A stretch of DNA of 30,341 bases, taken from Steroidobacteraceae bacterium (GTDB lineage: Bacteria; Pseudomonadota; Gammaproteobacteria; Steroidobacterales; Steroidobacteraceae). The notes beneath the pieces are model-generated. The model was not told where the DNA came from. It searched no databases and worked only from the letters and a program-made list of their open reading frames with translations. The position numbers and the translations under genes are program-made. Each line of letters begins with the position of its first letter. Positions within the stretch are counted from its first letter, which is position 1. Of the stretch, positions 1 to 9,100 are shown in pieces. The stretch spans positions 1 to 30,341 of the forward strand of contig DASWFL010000048.1 of NCBI GenBank assembly GCA_036394255.1, given 5' to 3'.

Positions 1-54
1 GGATTCAAATCCCCGCTGATCGATGTCCCGCCACTGCGCAATCTCGGTCGCCAT
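1..54 (-). CDS. 5' end of a gene running off the window (MATEIAQWRDIDQRGFES...), possibly a cupin-like/JmjC-type protein
   Basis: ATG at 54-52, 26 nt after the permease stop, and open to position 1. The 18 residues resemble the N-terminus of cupin-like proteins that often accompany TBDR/halogenase loci, but this is too short to be sure. Confidence 0.35.
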   Translation of the reverse strand, partial: MATEIAQWRDIDQRGFES

Positions 55-80
55 GCACTAAGCCCCCTGGGCGCTCCGTA

Positions 81-902
81 TCATCCCTTGACGCTCCCGA
101 GCGTGATGCCCCGGAGATAAAAGCGCTGCAGAGCCAGGAACAGCGCGAGCACCGGCAGCACCGTGATGACGGCGCCTGCCATCATCATCTCGTTGTCCTG
201 CACGTGTTCGCGCGACAGTCCGGCCAGCGCCACCGGCAGGGTCTGCATGTCACGGTCGCTGAGCACGATCAGCGGCCACATGAAATCATTCCAGGTGCCC
301 AGGAATACGAAGATGCCCAGCGTGACCAGGATCGGCGTGAGCACCGGTATCACCACCGAGCGGAAGATGCGCCATTCGCTGGCGCCGTCGATGCGCGCCG
401 CGTCCAGCAGTTCATCGGGTATCGACAGCGCGTACTGGCGCACCAGGAAGATACCGAAGATGCTGGCGATCCCGGGCACGATCGCGCCGGCGTAGCTGTT
501 GACGAGGCCCAGGAACTTGAGCAGCCCGAACAGCGGGATCATCGTCACCTGGCCCGGCACCAGCAGGCCGGCCAGCAGCAGGCGGTAGACGGACTCGCGG
601 CCACGGAAGCGGAGCTTGGCGAAGGCGTAGCCGGCCATGCCGTTGAACACCAGCGCCAGCAGCGTGGCGCTGGTGGCCACGATCACGCTGTTCAGAAAAT
701 AGCGGCCCATGTGCTGGGCCGCGAACAGATCGCGGTAGTGATCGAGCGTGACCGAGCTCGGCACTATCGGCGGCGGCTAGGTCGAGGAGGCGCCGGTGGG
801 AATGAGGGAAACGGAGACCATCCACGCCAGCGGGAACACGGTCAGCACCGCGACCAGCCACAGGGCGGCGTTGACCAGCCAGGTCTGCGCGCGCGGGTTC
901 AT
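81..902 (-). pseudogene. Carbohydrate ABC transporter permease (MalG-like) interrupted by an in-frame TAG at 779-777
   Basis: ATG at 902 overlaps the upstream stop (ATGA). It reads MNPRAQTWLVNAALWLVAVLTVFPLAWMVSVSLIPTGASST-TAG-PPPIVPSSVTLDHY... in one frame to TGA at 81. EAA-type motif ELLDAARIDGASEWRIF and WNDFMWPL are present. It could be a true nonsense allele, a base-call error or readthrough. Confidence 0.8.
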
Positions 903-1777
903 GTCTCCCCCAGACGCCGGGTGAGGCGCATCTGCAAAGCGGTGACCAGCAGGATCAGCGCGAACAGGACGAAGGCCACGCTGGAGGCGAAGCCCAGTTT
1001 CCACCAGGTGAAACCCTGATCGAACATGAAGTACAGCACGCTGAGCGTGCTTTGCAGCGGCCCACCCTGGGTCATCACATACGGCTCGGCGAATAGCTGG
1101 AAATAGCCGCTGACGGTGAGGATGCCGACCAGTGCCAGGGTCGGGGCGAGGAGCGGCAGCGTGATGTGGCGCAATCGCGCCCAGGCACCGGCGCCTTCGA
1201 GACGCGCGGCATCGTGCAGATCCTCGGGGATGGCCTGGAGCGCGGCGATCAGGATGATCATGTTGTAGCCAAAATTCTTCCACACCGCGAGCAGCACGAT
1301 GGAGGGCATCGACCAGTGCGGATCGCCCAGCCAGTCGATGGCCGGGAATCCGAGGTGCGTGAGCAGGTAATTGATCAATCCGTAGCGCGTGTGCAGCAGA
1401 TAACGCCAGATCAGCGCCACGGCCACCAGCGTCGTGACGACCGGGGCGAACAGCGCCGTGCGGAACAGCGGCCGGAAGCGGGCCAAACGCGAATCGACCA
1501 GCAGCGCGGCGCCCAGCGATGCCAGGAGCGATAGGGGCACACCCAGTAACACGAAAAAGGCGGTGTTGCCGAGCGCCTGCCAGAACAGCGGCGTCACCAG
1601 CAGCGTGCGGTAGTTGTCGAGCCCGATGTAGCGCAGGTTGGCCGGGTCCGCCAGCGCGTACAGATCGAAATCGGTGAAACTCAGCAGCAGGGCCGCCACG
1701 ACCGGCAGCAGGAAAAAGACGCCGATCAGCAGCAGGGCCGGGAGCGAGAACCACCAGCCGGCGCGTGTGCGGTTCAT
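899..1777 (-). CDS. Carbohydrate ABC transporter permease (MalF/UgpA-like)
   Basis: Start re-placed at MNRTRAGWW (ATGA overlap with the binding-protein stop). Multiple TM segments and the EAA motif DLHDAARLEGAGAW. Confidence 0.93.
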   Translation of the reverse strand: MNRTRAGWWFSLPALLLIGVFFLLPVVAALLLSFTDFDLYALADPANLRYIGLDNYRTLLVTPLFWQALGNTAFFVLLGVPLSLLASLGAALLVDSRLARFRPLFRTALFAPVVTTLVAVALIWRYLLHTRYGLINYLLTHLGFPAIDWLGDPHWSMPSIVLLAVWKNFGYNMIILIAALQAIPEDLHDAARLEGAGAWARLRHITLPLLAPTLALVGILTVSGYFQLFAEPYVMTQGGPLQSTLSVLYFMFDQGFTWWKLGFASSVAFVLFALILLVTALQMRLTRRLGET

Positions 1778-3057
1778 CTTTTTTCCTGCCGATCGAGCAG
1801 CCAGCGCCGCTTGGCGAGCATCGCATCCACCTCGGCATCGAAACCGGTGACGGCAGTATCTTCGCTCTGCCCGCCGCGCACCACGCGCTCGGCCATCACG
1901 CGCATGCCCTGCATGATCTGCTCCCATTCAGGCAGCTGCTGGAAGACACGGAGCCTTTCGAGCTGGATGCGGAAGGCGCGCGTGTAGGGATCGGTGGCGA
2001 TTGTGCCGGATTCCCAGCTGCTGCGCCGCGGCGGCAGATCGCCCGTGAGTTCGTAGAAGCGGCGTTGCACTTCGGGGCGCGAGAGGTACTCGATCAGTGC
2101 CCAGGCGCTGGCCTTGTGCTGGGAGCGGCGAAAGATCACCAGGCTCGAACCGCCGGCGCTGGAGACACCGGGCCCGTCCGGCCCGGGCATCGGAGCGGTC
2201 ATCCAGCTGCCCTGCTGTGCGGGCGGCAGGCGGCGCTTGAATTCGCCGATGTTCCAGGGCCCGGAGATATAGAAGGAGAAATAGCCCTTGCCGAGCTCGT
2301 CCCACACGTTCGAGATCTGGGTGTTGGTCGCCTGCGGCGCGAGCGACTGCGCGAACAGCTCGTGGTAGAAGCCCAGCGCGCGGCGGAAGGAAGCGCTGCG
2401 GAAATTGCCGTAGCGATCGCCATCGCGCAGCATGGCCTCCGGCTGCTGAAGCGCCAGGACCTGCAGCGGCTCGAATTCATTGAGCGGCAGCAGCACCGCG
2501 TAGCGCTGCGGGCCCACCATCCGCTTGATCGCCTGGAGCTGGCGCAGCCAGCCGGCCCAGTTGTCCGCCGGACCGGCGAATCCGGCCTGGCGCAGCAGAT
2601 CGCTGCGGTAGAACAGCAATCGGGTATCGACATACCAGGGCACCCCCCACGGCAAGCCGTCGAGCGAGTTCGCCTGCCAGACCTGCGGGAAAAAATCCGC
2701 GACATCGACGATCTTCGAGGCGGCGACGCGCGACTGGAGCGGTTCCAGCGCATGCAGGGCGACGAGTTCGGGGATCCAGCTGTTGCCGAGCTGGCACATA
2801 TCGGGAGTGGCGTCGCCGGCCACGGCCGTGAGGAACTTCTCGTGCGCCGCGGTGAGCGCGAGGCGCTGCACCTCGACGTGCAGGCCCGGATGTTCGCGCT
2901 CGAAAGCCGGCAGCAACGCACTCACCTGGTCGGCCTCGGCGCCAAAGGCCCAGAACTTCAGCACTTCGCCGTGCTGGGCGCCACCACAGCCGCTGACCAT
3001 CAGGGCCGCCAGCGGCGGCGCGAGCAGACGTGCCCGCTTCTCTTTCAGCCCAGCCAT
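1774..3057 (-). CDS. Sugar ABC transporter solute-binding protein (family 1), predicted lipoprotein
   Basis: Within ORF 1774..3363, likely start MAGLKEKR at 3057. Lipobox-like LMVSGC, plus TPDMCQLGNSWIPE, VPWYVDTRLLFY and ISGPWN segments typical of SBP_bac_1. Confidence 0.9.
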   Translation of the reverse strand: MAGLKEKRARLLAPPLAALMVSGCGGAQHGEVLKFWAFGAEADQVSALLPAFEREHPGLHVEVQRLALTAAHEKFLTAVAGDATPDMCQLGNSWIPELVALHALEPLQSRVAASKIVDVADFFPQVWQANSLDGLPWGVPWYVDTRLLFYRSDLLRQAGFAGPADNWAGWLRQLQAIKRMVGPQRYAVLLPLNEFEPLQVLALQQPEAMLRDGDRYGNFRSASFRRALGFYHELFAQSLAPQATNTQISNVWDELGKGYFSFYISGPWNIGEFKRRLPPAQQGSWMTAPMPGPDGPGVSSAGGSSLVIFRRSQHKASAWALIEYLSRPEVQRRFYELTGDLPPRRSSWESGTIATDPYTRAFRIQLERLRVFQQLPEWEQIMQGMRVMAERVVRGGQSEDTAVTGFDAEVDAMLAKRRWLLDRQEKR

Positions 3058-4499
3058 CCGCCGCTGAACCCGGCGCGCTGGAGGCCTCGGCGCAGCACCG
3101 GATCGCGCTGCATCACGCGCCAGAGCAGTCCGCTGTGCTGGTTCTCCAGCATCGTGATGAGCGGCCCCTGGGTGATGCCGTAGTAGCGCGAGTCGACCCA
3201 GCCCAGCTCGCCCACTCGCCGGCCGCTCAGCAACGGCACGTCGAACTGGAAGCTGGGGTTGAAGCTGTCGAGGAAGCCATAGTCGCTGTAGATCACCGCG
3301 CCATAGCGACGATACATCTCCGCGGCGGCGGCGGTGGCCTGCTCGGGTGTGAAAGGGAGGCACCCCAGGGCCGCGCTGGGTGTGATCGTCCCGTCATCCA
3401 GATTCTGGTCCGGATTCAGGAATACGCCGCGGCCGGCATAGGTATGGAACTGCCGCATCGCGCCCTGGTAGGAAAGCTTGCCCGTGTAGGGGCCGTCGCA
3501 GGCGCTCAGTCCCCAGATATCCGCCCCGTAGCCTGCCCAGCCCAGCGGATTTGCGGTGGCGTAGGCGCGCTGCGAGAGCGCCGCGCGCCGCGTGTTCTCG
3601 AAGTAGTCGATGCCGCGGGCGCGCAGGTAAGCGTCGCTGACGCCGCGCAGGTCAAGCCAGCACTGCGTGAAGTGGTGACCGAATAGCGGGCCAAAGGTGA
3701 GGTGCTCGATGCCTTCGATCTTGCCCCAGCTCGCGTCATACCCGGAGGTCCACACCGCCCAGGCATCCGGTCCCACGGCGTGCGCCTGCGAGCCCAGGGC
3801 CAGCAGGTAGACCGGAATAGCCTCGTTGTAACCCACCCAGTCCGCAGACAGGAATCCGCTCTCCGGCCGCCAGCCCATGCAGACGCCCGGCCCATTGGCC
3901 TGGGCCCAGTTCCACTCGACGCGCTCGCACAGTCCGTCCGAGATCGTGCGGATCGCTGCCTCGTTCGCGTCCGTGCCGTCGAAATATTGCCCGCAGAATC
4001 GCGCCCCCATCAGGAGCAGCGCCGTGTCGATGGTCGAGAGTTCCGAATCGCGGTAGCGCGTGCCGCCGCCTATATCGAGAAAGTGATAGAAGAAACCCCG
4101 ATAGCCCGTGTAGCCGGTCGGCGCCGATCCCTGCGGCGCATCGCGCAGGAATTCCAGCCAGCCCCGCACCCGCTGCGCGGCGGCGGCGCGCTGCACCCAG
4201 CCGTGCTCCACGCCGATGGGCACCGCACTGAACGCGAAGCCCATCGCCGCGATGCTGGCAGGCGCCGGGTCGGGCCAGTAATCGGGCGCCAGCCCGCGCG
4301 CCACATCGGTCGTCTGCCAGAAATAATTGAAGGTGCGATGCAGGGTGTCCGCGAGCAGCGCGTCGGGCGTCAACGGGGGCGGGGGCGGATAGCTGCCGGT
4401 CGGGGCCGCCGGAGCTGAGCCTCCACCGCAACCGGCCAGGACGCCGGCTGTCGTGGTCGCGGCCACCTGCAGGAAGCGGCGTCGGGTCAGTGGCACCAC
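3045..4499 (-). CDS. Glucoamylase-family / GH144-like beta-1,2-glucanase, Tat lipoprotein
   Basis: Twin-arginine TRRRFLQ and lipobox LAGC. Family motifs GFFYHFLD, ELSTIDTALLL, WVGYNE, GPLFGHH, WGLSACDGP, DDGTITPSAA, YGFLDSFN. Confidence 0.85.
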   Translation of the reverse strand: MVPLTRRRFLQVAATTTAGVLAGCGGGSAPAAPTGSYPPPPPLTPDALLADTLHRTFNYFWQTTDVARGLAPDYWPDPAPASIAAMGFAFSAVPIGVEHGWVQRAAAAQRVRGWLEFLRDAPQGSAPTGYTGYRGFFYHFLDIGGGTRYRDSELSTIDTALLLMGARFCGQYFDGTDANEAAIRTISDGLCERVEWNWAQANGPGVCMGWRPESGFLSADWVGYNEAIPVYLLALGSQAHAVGPDAWAVWTSGYDASWGKIEGIEHLTFGPLFGHHFTQCWLDLRGVSDAYLRARGIDYFENTRRAALSQRAYATANPLGWAGYGADIWGLSACDGPYTGKLSYQGAMRQFHTYAGRGVFLNPDQNLDDGTITPSAALGCLPFTPEQATAAAAEMYRRYGAVIYSDYGFLDSFNPSFQFDVPLLSGRRVGELGWVDSRYYGITQGPLITMLENQHSGLLWRVMQRDPVLRRGLQRAGFSGGWLG

Positions 4500-4500
4500 C

Positions 4501-6003
4501 TCAGACCGCCGCGGCCTTGCAGTGCCGGTCGATGAACTGCTGATGCATCGGCATCGCGTCCACGCAGTTGGCCACGATCATCTTGGCGTGATCCATGAAG
4601 GTGTAGAGGTCCGCGTCGCTCATCTGGTCAACCATCGGGTGATAGCCCGCCGGCATGACGTGTTGCCCGATCATGACCTCCACCCAGCTCACCTGCCCGA
4701 ACATTTCCTCGGCATTGCGGAAGAAGCGGCCGCTGTCCTTGAACAGGCGCATGGTGTCGGTGAGCGATTCCGGTATGGGCATCGTCCGGCAATAATTCCA
4801 GAAGGGCGAGTCGTCGCGCTCGGTCGCGTGGTAGTGCATGACCAGGAAATCCCGGATCCGCTCCCACTCGAAAGTGCACTGCGCGTTGTAACGGTCGACG
4901 AGGACCTGGCTGATTTCGCCGCGCGGAAACAGCAGCACCAGCTTGCCGATCGCCGATTGGATCAGGTAGATGCTGGTCGACTCCAGCGGTTCCATGAAGC
5001 CGCCGGCAAGACCGACCGCCACGACGTTCTTGTTCCAGATCTTCCTGCGTTTGCCGGTCGTAAAGCGCAGTGGGCGGGGCTCGGCCAGGGCCCGCCCGTC
5101 GAGGTTCTTGAGCAGGATGGAGGCCGCCTCGTCCTCGCTCATGAACTTGCTGCAGTACACGTGGCCATTGCCGGTGCGGTGCTGCAGCGGGATGCGCCAT
5201 TGCCAGCCGGCGGTGCGCGCGGTCGAGCGCGTGTAGGGGGTCGGCGGGCCCACCTTCTCGCAGGGCACCGCCAGCGCCCGATCGCAGGGCAGCCAGTGGG
5301 TCCAGTCCTCGTACCCGGTATGCAGCGCCTCCTCGATCAGCAGGCCGCGAAACCCGGAGCAGTCGATGAACAGGTCGCCACTGATGACCTCGCCGCTCTC
5401 GAGCACCACCGACTCGACGTAGCCGTCGCCTGCGCGCAGGCGCGTCTCGCGGATCTTGCCCTCGGTGCGCACGACCCCGCGCGCCTCGGCGTAGCGGCGC
5501 AGGTAGCGCGCGTACAGCCCGGCATCGAAGTGATAGGCGTAGGCAATCTCGGCGAGCGGCGAGTTCTTCGGCGCATCGCTCGCCGAGACCATGAATTTCT
5601 CGCGCGGCGCCGCCACCGTATTGAGCGAATACTCGCCCAGTTCGGCCGCCCTGCCCGCCAGGTGGGCGCGCAGCCAGAAATGGTGGAACGGCACCGAGCC
5701 CAGGTCGTGCCCCAGGGTGCCAAAGCCGTGGATGTAGGTATCGCCGATATGCGCCCAGTCCTTGAACTGGATGCCGAGCTTGAAGGTCCCCTGGGTCTGA
5801 CGGATGAACTCGGCCTCGTCGATCTCGAGGGACTTGTTGAAGTAGGACAGGTGCGGCACCGTCGCCTCGCCGACGCCGACGATGCCGATCTCCTCGGATT
5901 CGACCAGGCGCAGCGCGTAGGTCCTGCCGAAGGTCTTGGCAAGGGCGCAGGCGGCCATCCAGCCTGCCGTACCGCCGCCCACGATGACGATGTTCCTGAT
6001 CAA
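4501..6003 (-). CDS. Flavin-dependent halogenase, tryptophan halogenase family
   Basis: FAD motif IVIVGGGTAGW, catalytic Lys in TQGTFKLGIQF, WxWxIP motif GWQWRIP, FMEPLEST. TTG start. Confidence 0.92.
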   Translation of the reverse strand: MIRNIVIVGGGTAGWMAACALAKTFGRTYALRLVESEEIGIVGVGEATVPHLSYFNKSLEIDEAEFIRQTQGTFKLGIQFKDWAHIGDTYIHGFGTLGHDLGSVPFHHFWLRAHLAGRAAELGEYSLNTVAAPREKFMVSASDAPKNSPLAEIAYAYHFDAGLYARYLRRYAEARGVVRTEGKIRETRLRAGDGYVESVVLESGEVISGDLFIDCSGFRGLLIEEALHTGYEDWTHWLPCDRALAVPCEKVGPPTPYTRSTARTAGWQWRIPLQHRTGNGHVYCSKFMSEDEAASILLKNLDGRALAEPRPLRFTTGKRRKIWNKNVVAVGLAGGFMEPLESTSIYLIQSAIGKLVLLFPRGEISQVLVDRYNAQCTFEWERIRDFLVMHYHATERDDSPFWNYCRTMPIPESLTDTMRLFKDSGRFFRNAEEMFGQVSWVEVMIGQHVMPAGYHPMVDQMSDADLYTFMDHAKMIVANCVDAMPMHQQFIDRHCKAAAV

Positions 6004-6020
6004 GCTTAAGGTCCCACATG

Positions 6021-6050
6021 AAAAAACAAAGCCCGCAGGGCGGGCTTTGT
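6021..6050 (-). terminator. Rho-independent terminator after the TBDR gene
   Basis: Perfect 11-bp inverted repeat ACAAAGCCCGC (6026-6036) / GCGGGCTTTGT (6040-6050) with a 3-nt loop, followed on the minus strand by a T run (A-tract 6021-6026), about 50 nt past the TBDR stop. Confidence 0.8.
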
Positions 6051-6101
6051 GGTGTCGCCATTGCTGACGCCTAAGTGTACTACCCGGTGCTCAGGACCGG
6101 A

Positions 6102-9100
6102 TCACCACCTGAAGCCCACCGTGGCTTTCAGCGTCCTGGTCACTCCAAGGATCGATCCGGTGGGGTTGTACGTCGGCGGGTTTGGATAATTGTAAGGGAT
6201 CGAATTATCAGAAGAATCAAAGTTCTGCGCATTGAAGAGGTTGAGCACATCCAGGCGCACGTAACCCGTCATGTCACCCGGCAACTGGAAGTTCTTGGTG
6301 ATCTGCATGTCAAAACTCTGGTAGCCAAAGAAGGTTTGCGCCGGGACACCAGCGACCGGAAAGGCGTTGGTCCCGAAGGCATTGCACGAAGTGCCATTCG
6401 GCACTCCGAACTGGCTGCAACCAGCTATTCTGGTCACCGGAATCGGCGTCGAAAGCGTCATCTTGCCGGCAAACACCAGGCCCCATGGGCCATCCCTGGT
6501 GCCAGTAGCCACCAGCCTTTGCCTCGCCACGACGCTCGAGAGCGTGAACGGATAGTCCCTGATGTGCGGCAGGTCGAAGCCATACCCGTCCGAGACCAGG
6601 CGGTTCTGCGTCGCGTTGGTGTAGGTATAGGCAAACGTGGCGCCCCAATGCGACTCACGCGTGTAGGGCTTTTCGGCCGACACCAACAATTCGCCCGTGC
6701 GCGTCCGCTGACCGTTCTCCCACAGCACGAGGTTGCTCTGCAGGCCGGGCAGGCCGGCGGAGCACCATTGCGCCGGTGAGCCGCCCCAGTCCAGGCCGCA
6801 GCCGCGCGCGGCGAAGCTGCCATCGGCGTAGCGGTTGCCCAGTACGCCCAGCAGCCCTTCGAAGCTGTTGATCTGCGAGAGCGTGATGCTGGTGTTCCAG
6901 TCGCCGAGCTTGTTGCGCATGCCGATGCTGAACTGATCTGAATAAGGCACCTTCAGATTGTTCGGGAACATGTTCGCTTCGCCGCCGGGGGCACCCAGGT
7001 TCGTCAGACTAGCCGCGTCCAGGTAGATGGGAAGCCAGTCCAGGCAGGTCGTCCCGTTCGCGTCGCCAGGCGGCAGCGCGGTCGGCCCGCCAGGCACGAC
7101 GCAGCTGTTGAAGCTGTATTTGCCACCCGTGAAGTTGATGGTCGGCTCCGACAGGGCATTCTTCGAAGTCTCGAGCTGCAGCTTGTCGAACAGATTGCGG
7201 TCATAGGCCCGGCCGATGCCGCCGAACACCACATGCTTCTCATCGGCATTGACGTCGTACGAGAAGCCGAACCTCGGCGCGATCTCGCCGGCGGGTGTCT
7301 TGCGGTTGCTCCCGGTGCTGATGTAATCGTTGATGTTGATTCCACCGAGCGCGAGGGCGTCGGCGTAGGTCTCGCCCGGCGTCGGCCGCGGCAACTGATT
7401 GGCTGGATTGGCGGCGACGCCCGGATCCGGATACGGCTGCGCAAGCGCGGTGAGGATCCTGGCGATCGTCTTATATTTCTCAAACGACGGCGTGACCTCG
7501 TAATCGTAGCGGACACCGAGGTTCAGGGTCAGGTGCTGGTTGACGGCCCAGTCGTCCTGGAAGTAGACGCCATACTGCTTGTTGTCCGATTTAGCGGTCA
7601 GCGGCAGGCCGAAGCTCGCCTTGCCAAACACGACCTGGAACGGAGTCGCCTGTGTGCCGGCCGGGTCGACGGCGTACCAGTACTTGGCCGCAGCGGACCC
7701 GTCGCGCGCGACGAGCTGCAGACCCTTGTACTTGACGCCCATCTTCAGCGTGTGCTCGCCGTTCCAGTGCAGGTTGCTGAAGGTCAGGTCGTCCTGGATG
7801 CCATAGCCGTCCTGATGCTTGTCGGTGTACTGGCGCGGATCCGCGCCGTTGATCGTGATGATGTCCTGGCGGAAAGTGCTGGTGCCGCCGCCGAAGTAGG
7901 TGTAGGTGATGCCGGGATTGCCGTTCAATGGTGACGGGAGGTCAACGGTCCGTTCGTAGAGGGCCATCAACTCATTGACCCAGCGATCCGCGCTGTGCTG
8001 CCAGCGCAGGTTGACGCGAGTGTCTTCGTTCTTGTAGTTGAAGCCGGCCGATACCGCCACGTTGCCCGATCCGCCCTGGATTTCGCTTTCTCGCCGCAAT
8101 TTGGTGCTCAGCTCGATGCGGTCACGATCGCTCGGCTCCCAGTCGACTTTGCCGAAATACAGGTTTTCCTTGAACGGGGACGTGCTCGGGCCGAACTGCG
8201 AAAACACGCCGGCCGGGAGCAGGGTCGCCAACGGAATCCCGGTCAGGCTGCCGTCCGGATTGACGGTGGTCGGCAGCGAGAAGTCCTTGTGCTCCCATGT
8301 GACGAAGTAATGCATCGCGTCCATGATGATCGGACCGCCGACGGCAATACCGTATTCGGTATTGGCGGACTTGACCTTGTTGCCCCCGGCAGCATCCTCG
8401 GAAGGCGTGGCCGCACGCAGGGACTCGTTGCTGTAGTCGCCGAACAGCTCGCCGTGGAGCGTGTTCGTGCCCGACTTGGTCTGCGCCGTGATCGCGGCGC
8501 TGGAGATCTGGTCGTATTCCGCCTTGTAGTTCGAGGTGATGACCTTGTACTCACCGATGGCCAGCTGCGGGAACGGGTTGCCCGGATCGCCGTTCCCGTT
8601 GGGGCCGGACTGGCCGGAAATGCCTCCCGTCTTGACGTAGTTCTTCTGGCCCACGCCATCGATGAACACATTGACCGAGCTGTTGGCCTGCGCACCACTC
8701 TGGATCGAAGTGTTGCCCTGCTTGTCGACGCTGAACACCATGCCCGGAACGGTATCTGCGAATTCCAGGAAGTTGCGCGTGATCTGCGGGGTCGTCTCGA
8801 TCTGGTGGAGGGACACGGTCGCGCCGATTTCCGAGGTCTTGACCTCGACCAGGCGCGTGGCGCGCACGATCACTTCCTCGAGCGTCTCGGCCGGGCCCGC
8901 CTCAGCGCCACCCGGTACCAGATCGAGGGTGGCCGTCGAGGCCACCGACAGTGTCACCGTCTGTTCGGTGCCTGGGCCAGCATCGACGCGATAAGTGCCC
9001 GAGGGCAGGCCCGCCAGGGCGTAGCTGCCGTCGGCACTGGCTGTCGTGCGGCGCGTGGCGCCCGTGGCGACGTTCTTGGCGGTGACCTGGCTGTTGGCCG

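Noticed and set aside
1765-3183. 472-aa plus-strand ORF opposite the binding protein, and similar ORFs at 7995..9332 and 22606..23784
   Set aside because: Antisense shadows of motif-supported genes.
4453-6009. 518-aa plus-strand ORF antisense to the halogenase
   Set aside because: Shadow ORF typical of high-GC coding DNA. It has no motifs and lies fully opposite a well-supported gene.
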